IMG/VR virus record: IMGVR_UViG_3300046786_000121
Location: 1-64,000 of that record
From: a virus
Length of the DNA: 64,000 bases
Direction: 5' to 3' (one strand)
Part shown: positions 1 to 9,200 of the stretch, piece after piece
How the letters are laid out: each line of letters opens with the position of its first letter
Numbering within the stretch: position 1 is the stretch's first letter
The notes under the pieces: model-generated
Seen by the model: the letters and a program-made list of their open reading frames with translations, nothing else
Told to the model about the DNA's origin: nothing
Databases searched by the model: none
Program-made: the position numbers and the translations under genes

Positions 1-1
1 A

Positions 2-748
2 GAAGCAGGAACTAACGATCAATTAGACGGTGCTACAGATCTAGAAGGTGACGACGGACCTGTTATTCCTTCAGGAATGGATCGTAATGCACCATTGCCA
101 GGATCCGGTGATTGGACAACAGCAGCAGGTGCAGGCGTTCCTGCATACGCACTACGTGGCACATTAATTTCTGATCCAGGCGCCGCTGTAACAACAGTTC
201 CAGGGACACCAGCAAGTGGTTTATATCGTCGCAAATATGTTGGCGAACCATTCGATGGTGCTAACTTAACTGGCACTTACGATATGACATTCTTTGACGA
301 TCCGTTACATGGACCAATTTCTACAGCAGATCATGAAATTGATACCTACATTGGATTTGGCGCACGTACCGATTTGCCTTTCGAAGAAGGTTACGCTTTT
401 GAATGGAAAGGTTACATCAAAGTTCCAGCAAGCGGCAACTACAACACTTTTATCAGTTGTGATGATGATGTAGCGGTATGGTTAGGTTCAGCAGCATTGA
501 GCCCAACTAACTCAAATCAATTCCATAAGCAACCATATGTTAATGCAGATGCATCAGGCGGCTGTACAAATTCAGTAACATTAGATAGTACTAAGTGGTA
601 TCCAATTAGAATTTGGTTCACAGAATTTGGCGGTGCAGAGAGATTCAAGTTCTATATGAACAACTCTGCTAACTCGACACTTTACGGCTACAACGGTACA
701 TCAACAGATCTATTGTGGTCACATAATTCAGTAACCAAGGGATACTAA
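2..748 (+). CDS. Virion protein with C-terminal PA14 (carbohydrate-binding) domain, 5'-truncated by window edge
   Basis: The frame of ORF 77..748 is open back to position 2. PA14-type motifs: FEWKGYIKVPASGNYNTFISCDDDVAVWLG and YPIRIWFTEFGG. Confidence 0.75.
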   Translation, partial: EAGTNDQLDGATDLEGDDGPVIPSGMDRNAPLPGSGDWTTAAGAGVPAYALRGTLISDPGAAVTTVPGTPASGLYRRKYVGEPFDGANLTGTYDMTFFDDPLHGPISTADHEIDTYIGFGARTDLPFEEGYAFEWKGYIKVPASGNYNTFISCDDDVAVWLGSAALSPTNSNQFHKQPYVNADASGGCTNSVTLDSTKWYPIRIWFTEFGGAERFKFYMNNSANSTLYGYNGTSTDLLWSHNSVTKGY

Positions 749-751
749 ATA
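745..751 (+). promoter_or_regulatory. T4-like late promoter (CTAAATA)
   Basis: TAAATA core of the T4 late consensus TATAAATA; the same motif recurs upstream of many structural genes here. Confidence 0.65.
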
Positions 752-754
752 TAC

Positions 755-810
755 AGTCCGACATAGGTCCGGACTTGTGCAGAACCAACTGTACATGACC
801 TAGAACGTCA
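755..810 (+). ncRNA. Candidate structured 5' leader (three contiguous hairpins)
   Basis: Hairpins at 755-775 (AGTCCGAC/GTC-C-GGACT), 776-795 (TGTGCAG/CTGTACA) and 796-810 (TGAC/GTCA), between the late promoter and the SD AAAGGAG. Confidence 0.45.
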
Positions 811-828
811 CTCAAAGGAGAAAAACAA

Positions 829-1347
829 ATGGCAAATAAGTTAAACAACCGATATTTCGGACAAACAGGTACATCTACACCTACAATTCCAGTTAGAGTT
901 TACAACGGCTCTGCAAAAGAAGGTTACATTGTAAATCAAGTAGGCGCACGTAGATTTAAAATTGCAGATGACACTGCAATTCAAGACGAAGACATTGTTG
1001 CAGGCAATCAATACGTTATCGTATCAATTGGCGGCACCGACTTTACACAGTTTGGAGCAGTTGATAATAAAGTTGGAAGATTGTTCACAGCTAAAACAAA
1101 TGGTGCAGCTCTTGGTAACGGTACAGTATATCAAGTAATCACAGCTAAGTTGGTACAAGGCACTAACAGTGATCCAACAGCAGCTAACACAGCTACATTA
1201 GTTGGTATCTTAGCAGGCGCTGGACAGCGTCCAATTACATTGAAAAAAATCAACTACAGAACAGCAGTTGACTTTAGCGGTAATCGTTACAAGTGGTCAT
1301 TAAGTGACGACTCTACACAAACTCTACTAATTTTAACAGCAATCTAA
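829..1347 (+). CDS. Putative virion structural protein
   Basis: 172 aa, strong SD, late promoter upstream, Thr/Gly/Ala-rich composition. Confidence 0.6.
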   Translation: MANKLNNRYFGQTGTSTPTIPVRVYNGSAKEGYIVNQVGARRFKIADDTAIQDEDIVAGNQYVIVSIGGTDFTQFGAVDNKVGRLFTAKTNGAALGNGTVYQVITAKLVQGTNSDPTAANTATLVGILAGAGQRPITLKKINYRTAVDFSGNRYKWSLSDDSTQTLLILTAI

Positions 1348-1361
1348 TTTAGGATTTAAGC

Positions 1362-2351
1362 ATGGGACAGTTTTTTCAAGTTAACGGCGACTACAATATC
1401 AAAGCTGGTGAAGGTGCAACGATTAAGTTGGACACCGGTGAAGGTGTAGGCGAAGTTAGAGTAACTGGTAACTTAGTTGTTGACGGTGATACGTTAACTG
1501 TCTCTGCTGAAAATCTAAATGTACAAGATAACATCATTACTGTTAACTATGGTGAAACTGGTGCCGGGGTAACACTACGTTATTCTGGACTTGAAGTAGC
1601 CAGAGGTACATTAGATAATGCATCATTTACTTGGGACGAAGCAGACGATTCTTGGAACCTAAGAACTGGGTCTGGATATGGAACAAGTAAATTACGATTA
1701 AGAGAAATTCTAACAAATCCTGATACAGATGCCGGAGATTTGATCCTTATAGGAACAGGCACAGGTGTTGCTAAAGTATCAGGTACACTTGATTACGAAT
1801 TGCAGGTTACAGACGACGATGATATTCCTAATAAGAAATACGTCGACGATGCAATTCAAACAAACCCAACATTCCAAATTCTAAGAAGCGACACACGAAC
1901 TGTTGCCTTTGATAGTGGTGCTCCAGTAGCACCTGGATTATTTCCAGTTGGTCCTTATTATGTACAACCGGCAGAAAGTCTTGTGGCGGTCGTTGTCGAT
2001 GACAATATTGTAGCACAGTTTTTTGGAAATAGAGCACAGCTTGCTGGAGTAACTTTCTTTACAGAAGATCCAACCCCAGCAAATCCGTTGATTCCTGATG
2101 CAGCAGTTATTCAAACAATTAATACTAATGCTAACATTAAATTAGAAACAAACGGAACAGGTAAAGTTGAATTTACCTATGCAGCTCAATTTAATAATAT
2201 TGGCACAACTCCTGCAAGTGTAGCAAATTCAAGTTTACTATACGGTGGATCTGTTGGTGTAGGAACAACAGGTTTGTATTATACAAACACTGTTAAGACA
2301 GACGAATTAATAAGCAAAAACAAAGCTCTTGTTTTTAGCATGATATTTTAA
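1362..2351 (+). CDS. Putative fibre/baseplate structural protein
   Basis: 329 aa; VTGNLVVDG fibre-type beta-repeat, PNKKYVDD motif, hydrophobic C-terminus ALVFSMIF. Confidence 0.6.
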   Translation: MGQFFQVNGDYNIKAGEGATIKLDTGEGVGEVRVTGNLVVDGDTLTVSAENLNVQDNIITVNYGETGAGVTLRYSGLEVARGTLDNASFTWDEADDSWNLRTGSGYGTSKLRLREILTNPDTDAGDLILIGTGTGVAKVSGTLDYELQVTDDDDIPNKKYVDDAIQTNPTFQILRSDTRTVAFDSGAPVAPGLFPVGPYYVQPAESLVAVVVDDNIVAQFFGNRAQLAGVTFFTEDPTPANPLIPDAAVIQTINTNANIKLETNGTGKVEFTYAAQFNNIGTTPASVANSSLLYGGSVGVGTTGLYYTNTVKTDELISKNKALVFSMIF

Positions 2352-2361
2352 GAGATAAAAG

Positions 2362-2730
2362 ATGATATACAGCACAAGATTAACTACAACAGGCGATACC
2401 TTAGTTTTCACTAGTTCAACTACTGGTGCAGCAATTGGTGGCGGTGTAACAGGACAAACCAATGCTGTTACTAACATCATCGTTTGTAATACAGGTACTC
2501 CAGATTTAACTGACGAAACAGTTAATTCTACAACACTAACACTTAACTTAGTTTTAAGTGGAGGTGTTAGTTCTGATACAAATACTATTGTTAAAAATTT
2601 AATTGTTCCAGCAGGAGAAACAATTTTCTTTAGCGATGAAAAAATTATTTTAAGTCCCGGCGATCAAATTCGTGCTACATCTAGCACAAGTAATTTGTTA
2701 AGCATTACAGTGAGCAGCTTACAAGTATGA
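2362..2730 (+). CDS. Small virion adaptor-like protein (paralog of 5534 and 20039)
   Basis: 122 aa; shared IIVCN / IVKNLIVPAGET / EKIILSPGD pattern. Confidence 0.55.
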   Translation: MIYSTRLTTTGDTLVFTSSTTGAAIGGGVTGQTNAVTNIIVCNTGTPDLTDETVNSTTLTLNLVLSGGVSSDTNTIVKNLIVPAGETIFFSDEKIILSPGDQIRATSSTSNLLSITVSSLQV

Positions 2731-3227
2731 GATTCCTAAAACAGAAAACTCTCAGCAAATATAGTCCAAGCGATAATTCTTTGTTTACAAATGAATACGG
2801 AAGGGCTGTTATGGATCTATCTGGAGGGCTAAGACTTCCTAAAGGACCAACTTCTGCTCGTCCGCAAACTAGCGGAGTTAGGAACGGTAACGGTGCTAAC
2901 GGGTTTATTAGATACAATACTACAACTAACTCTATCGAAGCATATATTGATGGAGTATGGGAAGTTGTTAGAGCACCGGGTGCAACAGCAATTACAAAAC
3001 AAACTCTAGGTCCTGGAGATTACGTAGAAACAATCTTTGGACCATTGGATCAAAATCCTAGTTCTGAAAATAACATTCTTGTGTTAGTTGAAAACGTTTT
3101 TCAAATTTCAGATACAAACTATAATTTGTTATACAACTACCTAGGGTCGGGCGACACATACATTGAATTTACAGAAGCAGTTCCTTTAGATAAGAACATT
3201 ACTATCTACTTTGGTTTTGCTAACTAA
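2727..3227 (+). CDS. Putative virion structural protein
   Basis: 166 aa; LPKGPTSARP...GFIRYNTTTNSIEAY..G.W motif common in myovirus fibre/baseplate proteins; ATGA overlap with the upstream gene. Confidence 0.6.
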   Translation: MRFLKQKTLSKYSPSDNSLFTNEYGRAVMDLSGGLRLPKGPTSARPQTSGVRNGNGANGFIRYNTTTNSIEAYIDGVWEVVRAPGATAITKQTLGPGDYVETIFGPLDQNPSSENNILVLVENVFQISDTNYNLLYNYLGSGDTYIEFTEAVPLDKNITIYFGFAN

Positions 3228-3235
3228 GGAAAAAT

Positions 3236-4327
3236 ATGTCTGAGCCATTTGTAGCACAACTTGGTAGAATAAGCGGTAAACTACTATCTGCTGATTTAGT
3301 AAGAAACGGTGTTGACTTAACATTTAGAAATGGCCCAACAGATGCAGATTTACTTTATCTAGATGTTACAGACAAGCAATTAGGAATTAACACAACACCG
3401 ACGGTAGCATTAGATGTATCAGGCAACGGTAAAGTTAGTGATTCTGTAATTGTTGACGGTACACAGGCAAAAATTGATAATCTCAAAATTAATACAGATG
3501 GTTCGTTTGGATCAACAGTTGGCCCTATTATCATTGCACCTACTGGAGCAGATGCCTATGTAAGATACGGCAAAGTTCTAAATACAGATTTAGAAATTAA
3601 AGATAATTACATCCAAGCCACTACACTAAACAGCGATTTAGTATTAGATGCTAACGGTACTGGAAAAGTAGAATTTCAAAGCCCTACGGCAATAAACGGA
3701 AACTTAGACATATTCAGTGGAAGCATTAATGCTACCGGTGATGTTGTTCTAAAAGGAAAATTTTTCATCGGTGACAGCCCATTAGATACTGTTACTGTTA
3801 CTCCTGATTTTAAACAAAGTATTATTCCTGGAATAACAACAACATACGATTTAGGTAAATCAACAAAACAATGGGATAAGGTATATCTAACAGATTTAAG
3901 TTATGTAGGATCAGTAACTACTACTGCGGTTACGATTAGCGAACAAACTTTGTTTACAGGCAACACAATTAGTACATTGCAAAGCAATGAAAATCTAGTT
4001 TTAGATTCTGATACTGGAAATATCACCTTGGAATCTTTAAACTTTAATCAAGGAGTAATTACCAATTTACAAAGTACTCCAGTTACACTAAGCCATACCG
4101 GAAGTGGTTATTTAAAAATAACAGACGAATCCGGTTTTGGAATTCCAGCAGGTAATACCAGCGAGAGGGTAGGTGCTGAAGTCGGTGAAACTCGTTGGAA
4201 TAACGAAATTGGTTACATGGAATGTTTTGACGGAAGCGTTTGGCAAGTTGCTACAGGTGGCGGTGTTGTTGTAACATCAACCATCATGGAAGAATTTGGA
4301 AACATTTATACTCTCATCTTTGGTTAA
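3236..4327 (+). CDS. Fibre structural protein (paralog of 4462..5529)
   Basis: 363 aa; GRISGKLL...GVDL.F N-terminus, NGTG.V repeats, C-terminal IPAGNT...RWN...DG.W module. Confidence 0.6.
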   Translation: MSEPFVAQLGRISGKLLSADLVRNGVDLTFRNGPTDADLLYLDVTDKQLGINTTPTVALDVSGNGKVSDSVIVDGTQAKIDNLKINTDGSFGSTVGPIIIAPTGADAYVRYGKVLNTDLEIKDNYIQATTLNSDLVLDANGTGKVEFQSPTAINGNLDIFSGSINATGDVVLKGKFFIGDSPLDTVTVTPDFKQSIIPGITTTYDLGKSTKQWDKVYLTDLSYVGSVTTTAVTISEQTLFTGNTISTLQSNENLVLDSDTGNITLESLNFNQGVITNLQSTPVTLSHTGSGYLKITDESGFGIPAGNTSERVGAEVGETRWNNEIGYMECFDGSVWQVATGGGVVVTSTIMEEFGNIYTLIFG

Positions 4328-4340
4328 TTCTCCAATCTGA

Positions 4341-4347
4341 CTAAATA
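4341..4347 (+). promoter_or_regulatory. T4-like late promoter (CTAAATA)
   Basis: Intergenic TAAATA core. Confidence 0.6.
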
Positions 4348-4354
4348 CTACTAA

Positions 4355-4445
4355 TTGCAGCGAACGACCAATTTTCTGCAAGATTCGACTGTGGTAAACC
4401 AGCAAAGAGCGCAAGCTGAAAATTTGGTTATCGGTGAAACACCGG
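4355..4445 (+). ncRNA. Candidate structured cis-regulatory RNA (pseudoknot or switch)
   Basis: Pairings TTGCAG(4355-60)/CTGCAA(4376-81) and ACCAATTTTC(4367-76)/GAAAATTTGGT(4418-28). Internal hairpins TGG-TAAA-CCA and AGC-GCAA-GCT; CGGTG-AAA-CACCG just before the SD. Confidence 0.55.
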
Positions 4446-4461
4446 GTATTTAGGAGAGCGC

Positions 4462-5529
4462 ATGGCTATTGGTCGTATTTCAGGTCCGCTCTTAAAGTCA
4501 AATCTTATCAGAGATGGTGTAGATTTAGCCTTTGAGACCGACTTACTCTATTTGGATGTTAATAATTCGCGCATCGGTGTTAATACCGGCTCCCCTCAAT
4601 ACGAACTAGATGTAGTAGGAACTACAAAAACAACAGACTTAGAAGTTACTAATCAATTAAACATTGGTAACTTTTCAATCTCCGGTAATACAATTGCCAG
4701 CACTCAACAAACTATTAATTTTACAGCTTCCGGTGGCGAAGTTACAGCATATCATTCTAGACTTCTAGTTAACGATATTGAAATTAATGGTAACACCATA
4801 TCAACAGTTGCATCAAATGCAAATCTAGAACTTCGTCCTAACGGAACTGGCATTGTTGATATTCAAGCACCAGCATCTATAACAGGTAACCTTTCTGTAA
4901 ATGGCAACATTACAGCCGAAGGCGATATTACTATTGGTGGCAATTTAGTTATAGGTGATAGTTTATCTGATGAAATCACAATCAATGCTAGCATTAAGAG
5001 TGACTTAGTTCCAGAGACTGATGCAATTTACGATTTAGGTTCTCCGAGTTATCACTGGAGAAACATATATGCTTCTAGCATTATTGCTAGTAATTTAAGT
5101 TTGAGCAGCTTCACTGTTGGTAGTTTATATCTAACTGATAACACAATTAGCACAACAGGCGGACAAAATTTAGTGCTTGATCCTAACGGTTCCGGTTCAA
5201 TTAGAATTGGAAATTTTGCGATCAAAGACAACACAATCACTAACGTAGTTGCAGGATCGGTAACAGAACTTACACAATCAGGCACTGGTTATTTTAAGAT
5301 TTCCGGAACAAATGGTTTTGTTCCACCAAGAGGTAATACAGCAGCTCGTCCATGGTCCTTATCAAGTGATCCACTTGCCATTGAAGGTATGACTCGTTAC
5401 AACACAGATTCTAAAGCGTTAGAAATCTGGGACGGTAACGTTTGGGCAAGCCCGGCGGGTACTATTGGTGCAGTATCGGAATCTACAGCGATTGAAATCG
5501 CAATTCAATACGCATTGACATTAGGATAA
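4462..5529 (+). CDS. Fibre structural protein (paralog of 3236..4327)
   Basis: 355 aa; GRISGPLLKSNLIRDGVDLAFE, repeated I.GNTIST...NL.L.PNG.G, C-terminal IAIQYALTLG. Confidence 0.65.
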   Translation: MAIGRISGPLLKSNLIRDGVDLAFETDLLYLDVNNSRIGVNTGSPQYELDVVGTTKTTDLEVTNQLNIGNFSISGNTIASTQQTINFTASGGEVTAYHSRLLVNDIEINGNTISTVASNANLELRPNGTGIVDIQAPASITGNLSVNGNITAEGDITIGGNLVIGDSLSDEITINASIKSDLVPETDAIYDLGSPSYHWRNIYASSIIASNLSLSSFTVGSLYLTDNTISTTGGQNLVLDPNGSGSIRIGNFAIKDNTITNVVAGSVTELTQSGTGYFKISGTNGFVPPRGNTAARPWSLSSDPLAIEGMTRYNTDSKALEIWDGNVWASPAGTIGAVSESTAIEIAIQYALTLG

Positions 5530-5533
5530 GAGA

Positions 5534-5866
5534 ATGCCAACCACATTTAAACATACAACTAACGCATCAATTGGAACAACAGCAGTTGATGTACTTGCAG
5601 TAGACACTGGATATAGAGCAACAGTTATTGGGTGTAACCTAGCAAACATTACTGAATATGATACAGTTAACATTGATGTTCTAGTATTTGGAGAAGATAG
5701 TGTTCCTGCTTACTATGTAAAGGGATTAACAATTCCTCCTAACAGTTCAGTAAAGGTTATAACAAACGGCGAAAAATTAATTTTGCCTGCTCAGACAGGA
5801 CTGAGAATTGTTAGCGATACTCCAGATAGCGTTTCGGCAGTTGTAAGTTACGTTGAGATATCTTAA
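5534..5866 (+). CDS. Small virion adaptor-like protein
   Basis: 110 aa; VIGCNLAN / YVKGLTIPPNSS / EKLIL / VSAVVSYVEI pattern. Confidence 0.55.
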   Translation: MPTTFKHTTNASIGTTAVDVLAVDTGYRATVIGCNLANITEYDTVNIDVLVFGEDSVPAYYVKGLTIPPNSSVKVITNGEKLILPAQTGLRIVSDTPDSVSAVVSYVEIS

Positions 5867-5876
5867 GGATTAAACT

Positions 5877-6245
5877 ATGACAACAAATTATTATTTAGGT
5901 ACTGATCCACAAACTAGATTAGGCGATACTCCTAGATTTTTCTATGCCTTAAGAAAAAACGAAAACGGTAGTTTATTTTTACAAAGAAGCGATCAGTTAA
6001 AAACCGACACGAGCATTGAGTTAAATAGAGTCGGGGATGAATCTGGAAATTATACAGATTTTGAAGTAGGCGTTGATTTCTTTGAAGGCATTGATGTTAA
6101 TCATAATGCAGTATTTGAAAATTTAAAGTATCAACAATATCGTTGGGATAATAGACCTATGTTTTATTACATCGACGATGAAGGACAATTAGTAGCAGTT
6201 GTTAACAACGGTCATACCTACGATAACGGTGCATCAGAGGAATAA
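5877..6245 (+). CDS. Hypothetical virion-associated protein
   Basis: 122 aa, SD AAGGA, within the structural operon. Confidence 0.55.
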   Translation: MTTNYYLGTDPQTRLGDTPRFFYALRKNENGSLFLQRSDQLKTDTSIELNRVGDESGNYTDFEVGVDFFEGIDVNHNAVFENLKYQQYRWDNRPMFYYIDDEGQLVAVVNNGHTYDNGASEE

Positions 6246-6249
6246 TTAA

Positions 6250-9200
6250 ATGGCAGAATTTAAACTTGGTAGGTTAAAATATACATGGCAGGGTGCTTGG
6301 TCTGCTCACAGCAGATACAATCCCGATGACGTTGTTAGTTACGGCGGTAAAGTATATACCAGCTTAGAAACTCATATTTCTAATGCAGATTTTTACAACG
6401 ACTTAGAATATTACAACAATGACATTCCTCCATTGTTATCTCCTAAGTGGGAATTAATGACCGAAGGTGTAAGCTGGTTAGGAGAATGGACTCCTGATAC
6501 ATATTACAAGGTAGGCGATATTGTAAAACAAGGTGGTACTGTTTATCTTTGTGCAGTAGCGCACACATCGCAACCAGATGTTTCAACATTTGATTTAGAT
6601 ATTCAACATTGGACTGTTCAGTTAGTTTCTAAAAACTGGGCCGCTGATTGGGCTGTTGAAACTTTTTATACAGTTAATGATGTAGTAAGATACGGTGGTA
6701 GAACTTATAGATGTAATACATCTCATTTATCTGCAGGCGGCATTGCCGAAGGGCTGGAAGCATCATCATCGTATTGGGATGTATTTTCAGTAGCTGATGA
6801 TTGGAAAGGCAATTGGACCATAGCTACAAGATACAAGGCTAATGATGTTGTTAAGTTTGGTGGAAATGTTTACAGATGTGAAGTATCTCATACTTCTGCC
6901 ATATCTGCTGATTTGGGATTAGCTGCTGATCAAGGAAAATGGTCACTTGTATATCAAGGTATTGAGAACGTTGGTTCATGGCAACCTTCTACAGTTTACA
7001 AACTTAACGATGTTGTAAAATACGGATCGTATCTTTACAAAGCAACAGAGTTTCATACTTCCGGACCAACCTTTGCAGTTGCAAAATTTGAAGTATACTG
7101 CCCAGGACAAGAATATGATGTTGTCTGGGACGAATTAACATTATATCAACCAGGCGATGTAGTAAGCTATGGTGGTAATTTATACACATCACAAACAGTA
7201 CACACTGGAGCAATTCCTAGTTCTTCAACAAACACTTGGGTGCTACTATTCCAAGGCGCAAGAATGCGAGGAGACTGGGTACTATCTACCGAATACCGAT
7301 TAGGTGATGTTGTACGCAGAGGCGGCAACATTTATTCTTGCTTATTAGATAATGTTGGGCAAGATCCAGATTTCTTAGATGACGATAGTACAACAAATTC
7401 TACATATTGGGATTTAATTATTCCTGGAATTAAGTGGCGCGGCGTATGGACACCTGGCGAAACTTATTGGGCAGGTGACACTGTTGTTTGGGTATCTAGC
7501 TCTTACAGATGTTTAGACAAACATAGCAGCAATGATGGTAATCGCCCTGACGACGATGGAACTATTGGAGCTACCTTAGAAGGAAGATACTGGGCAAAGA
7601 TTACTGACGGAAACATAATCAACAGATTAAAGAACGTTGGTGATATCAGAACATACGGAGCCACAGAAGACGGTAGCACTATCGGATTTAAGGCTCTATC
7701 AGTTGGCGATCAAGGACAAACTTTAACCAGCGTGTCTGGTGAAAATTCTTGGGAATATTTACAGAATTCTGATAAAGTTTATTATGTTGCAGAATATGGT
7801 GAAGATATTCCAACAGCAGGAACAAGTCCACAAAGCCCGTGGAGAACTATTAGATATGCAACTGAGCAAATTACAGGCTATGCAACAATTTTTGTTAGAA
7901 CAGGAGATTACGAAGAAGTTCTTCCAATCCGTGTCCCAGCATTTGTAGCAGTTGTGGGTGAAGAATTACGTTCTACTACAGTTAAGCCAGTTGAAAATTT
8001 ATTAGATGCAGGTTACATAGAAGTTATTTCTAATGTTGCAGCACAACTAGAATTATTAATCAACCGAGTTATTTTAGAACAACCAGTTGGGGATGAAATC
8101 CTTAACGTACCGGATTTAACTCTATACGGCGAAGTTCCACAAAATTTTGCAGGAACACCTGCAACTACTAGTGAAACAATCTCTGTATCAACATTGTTAG
8201 GTTTGTTTAAAAATAGAATTGACAATCAAATCAATGCAAGCATTACAGGCACACTAGATGCTTCAGCTAATGCCAATGTAATTAATGCTGCTGCTCAAAT
8301 AACAAACAATTTAGATTTTATCAAGAATGAAATTAGATTGTATGCAGAGCAAAACTTTTTTGATTCTACTTTAGCAGCATTGCCTGCAAGATGGGAATCA
8401 GATGTTGAAAGAATTGTAAATGCAATTTCCTACGATTTAACATATCCAGGTAATTATAAAACTGTTGAAGCATCTACATATTTCATTAATGCTTCAACTC
8501 CAGCAAGAAACAAAGCCAGCAACATGTTCTTAATGAGAGACGGTACTGGTCTTCGAAACATGACATTGCTTGGTTTAGAGGGCGAACTGGGAGACATTAA
8601 TTCTCTAGGAACTCGTCGTCCAACAGCTGGCGCATTTGTTAGCCTAGATCCAGGATTTGGTCCTAGCGATACATCAGCGTGGGTAGGTACAAAATCTCCT
8701 TATGTACAAAACGTTACTAACTTTGGTACTGGTTGTATTGGATTTAAAATCGACGGCGACCTGCATGGTGGTGGAAACCAAACTATGGTTTCAAACGATT
8801 TCACACAAGTATTAAGTGACGGTATTGGTGTATGGGCCAATGGTACAGGTAGAACAGAATGCGTTTCTGTGTTTACATACTATAACCATATTGGTTACCT
8901 AGCTACAAACGGTGGTAAGATTCGTGGTACTAACGGAAACTGCTCTTACGGTACATTCGGTGCTGTTTCAGAAAGTTATAATACTGCTGAAACACCAATT
9001 ACAGCTTCAGTTAATAATAGATATTACGAAGCAGATGTTTATCAAGCAATAGTTGGACCAGATGCAGGACTTCAAAAGTTGTTCTTTGGAAATGCAGGTA
9101 CTGGATATAGCACAGGAACAATGACAGTTACTGGTTCTGGTATCAATGCATCGTTAACTATGGACGAATTTAGAGACGGCGGCATTCAAGAAATTAGAAT

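Noticed and set aside
4355-4445. Assignment of the leader RNA to a known riboswitch or hammerhead ribozyme
   Set aside because: It lacks the hammerhead CTGANGA core and matches no aptamer consensus I recognise; kept only as an unassigned candidate.
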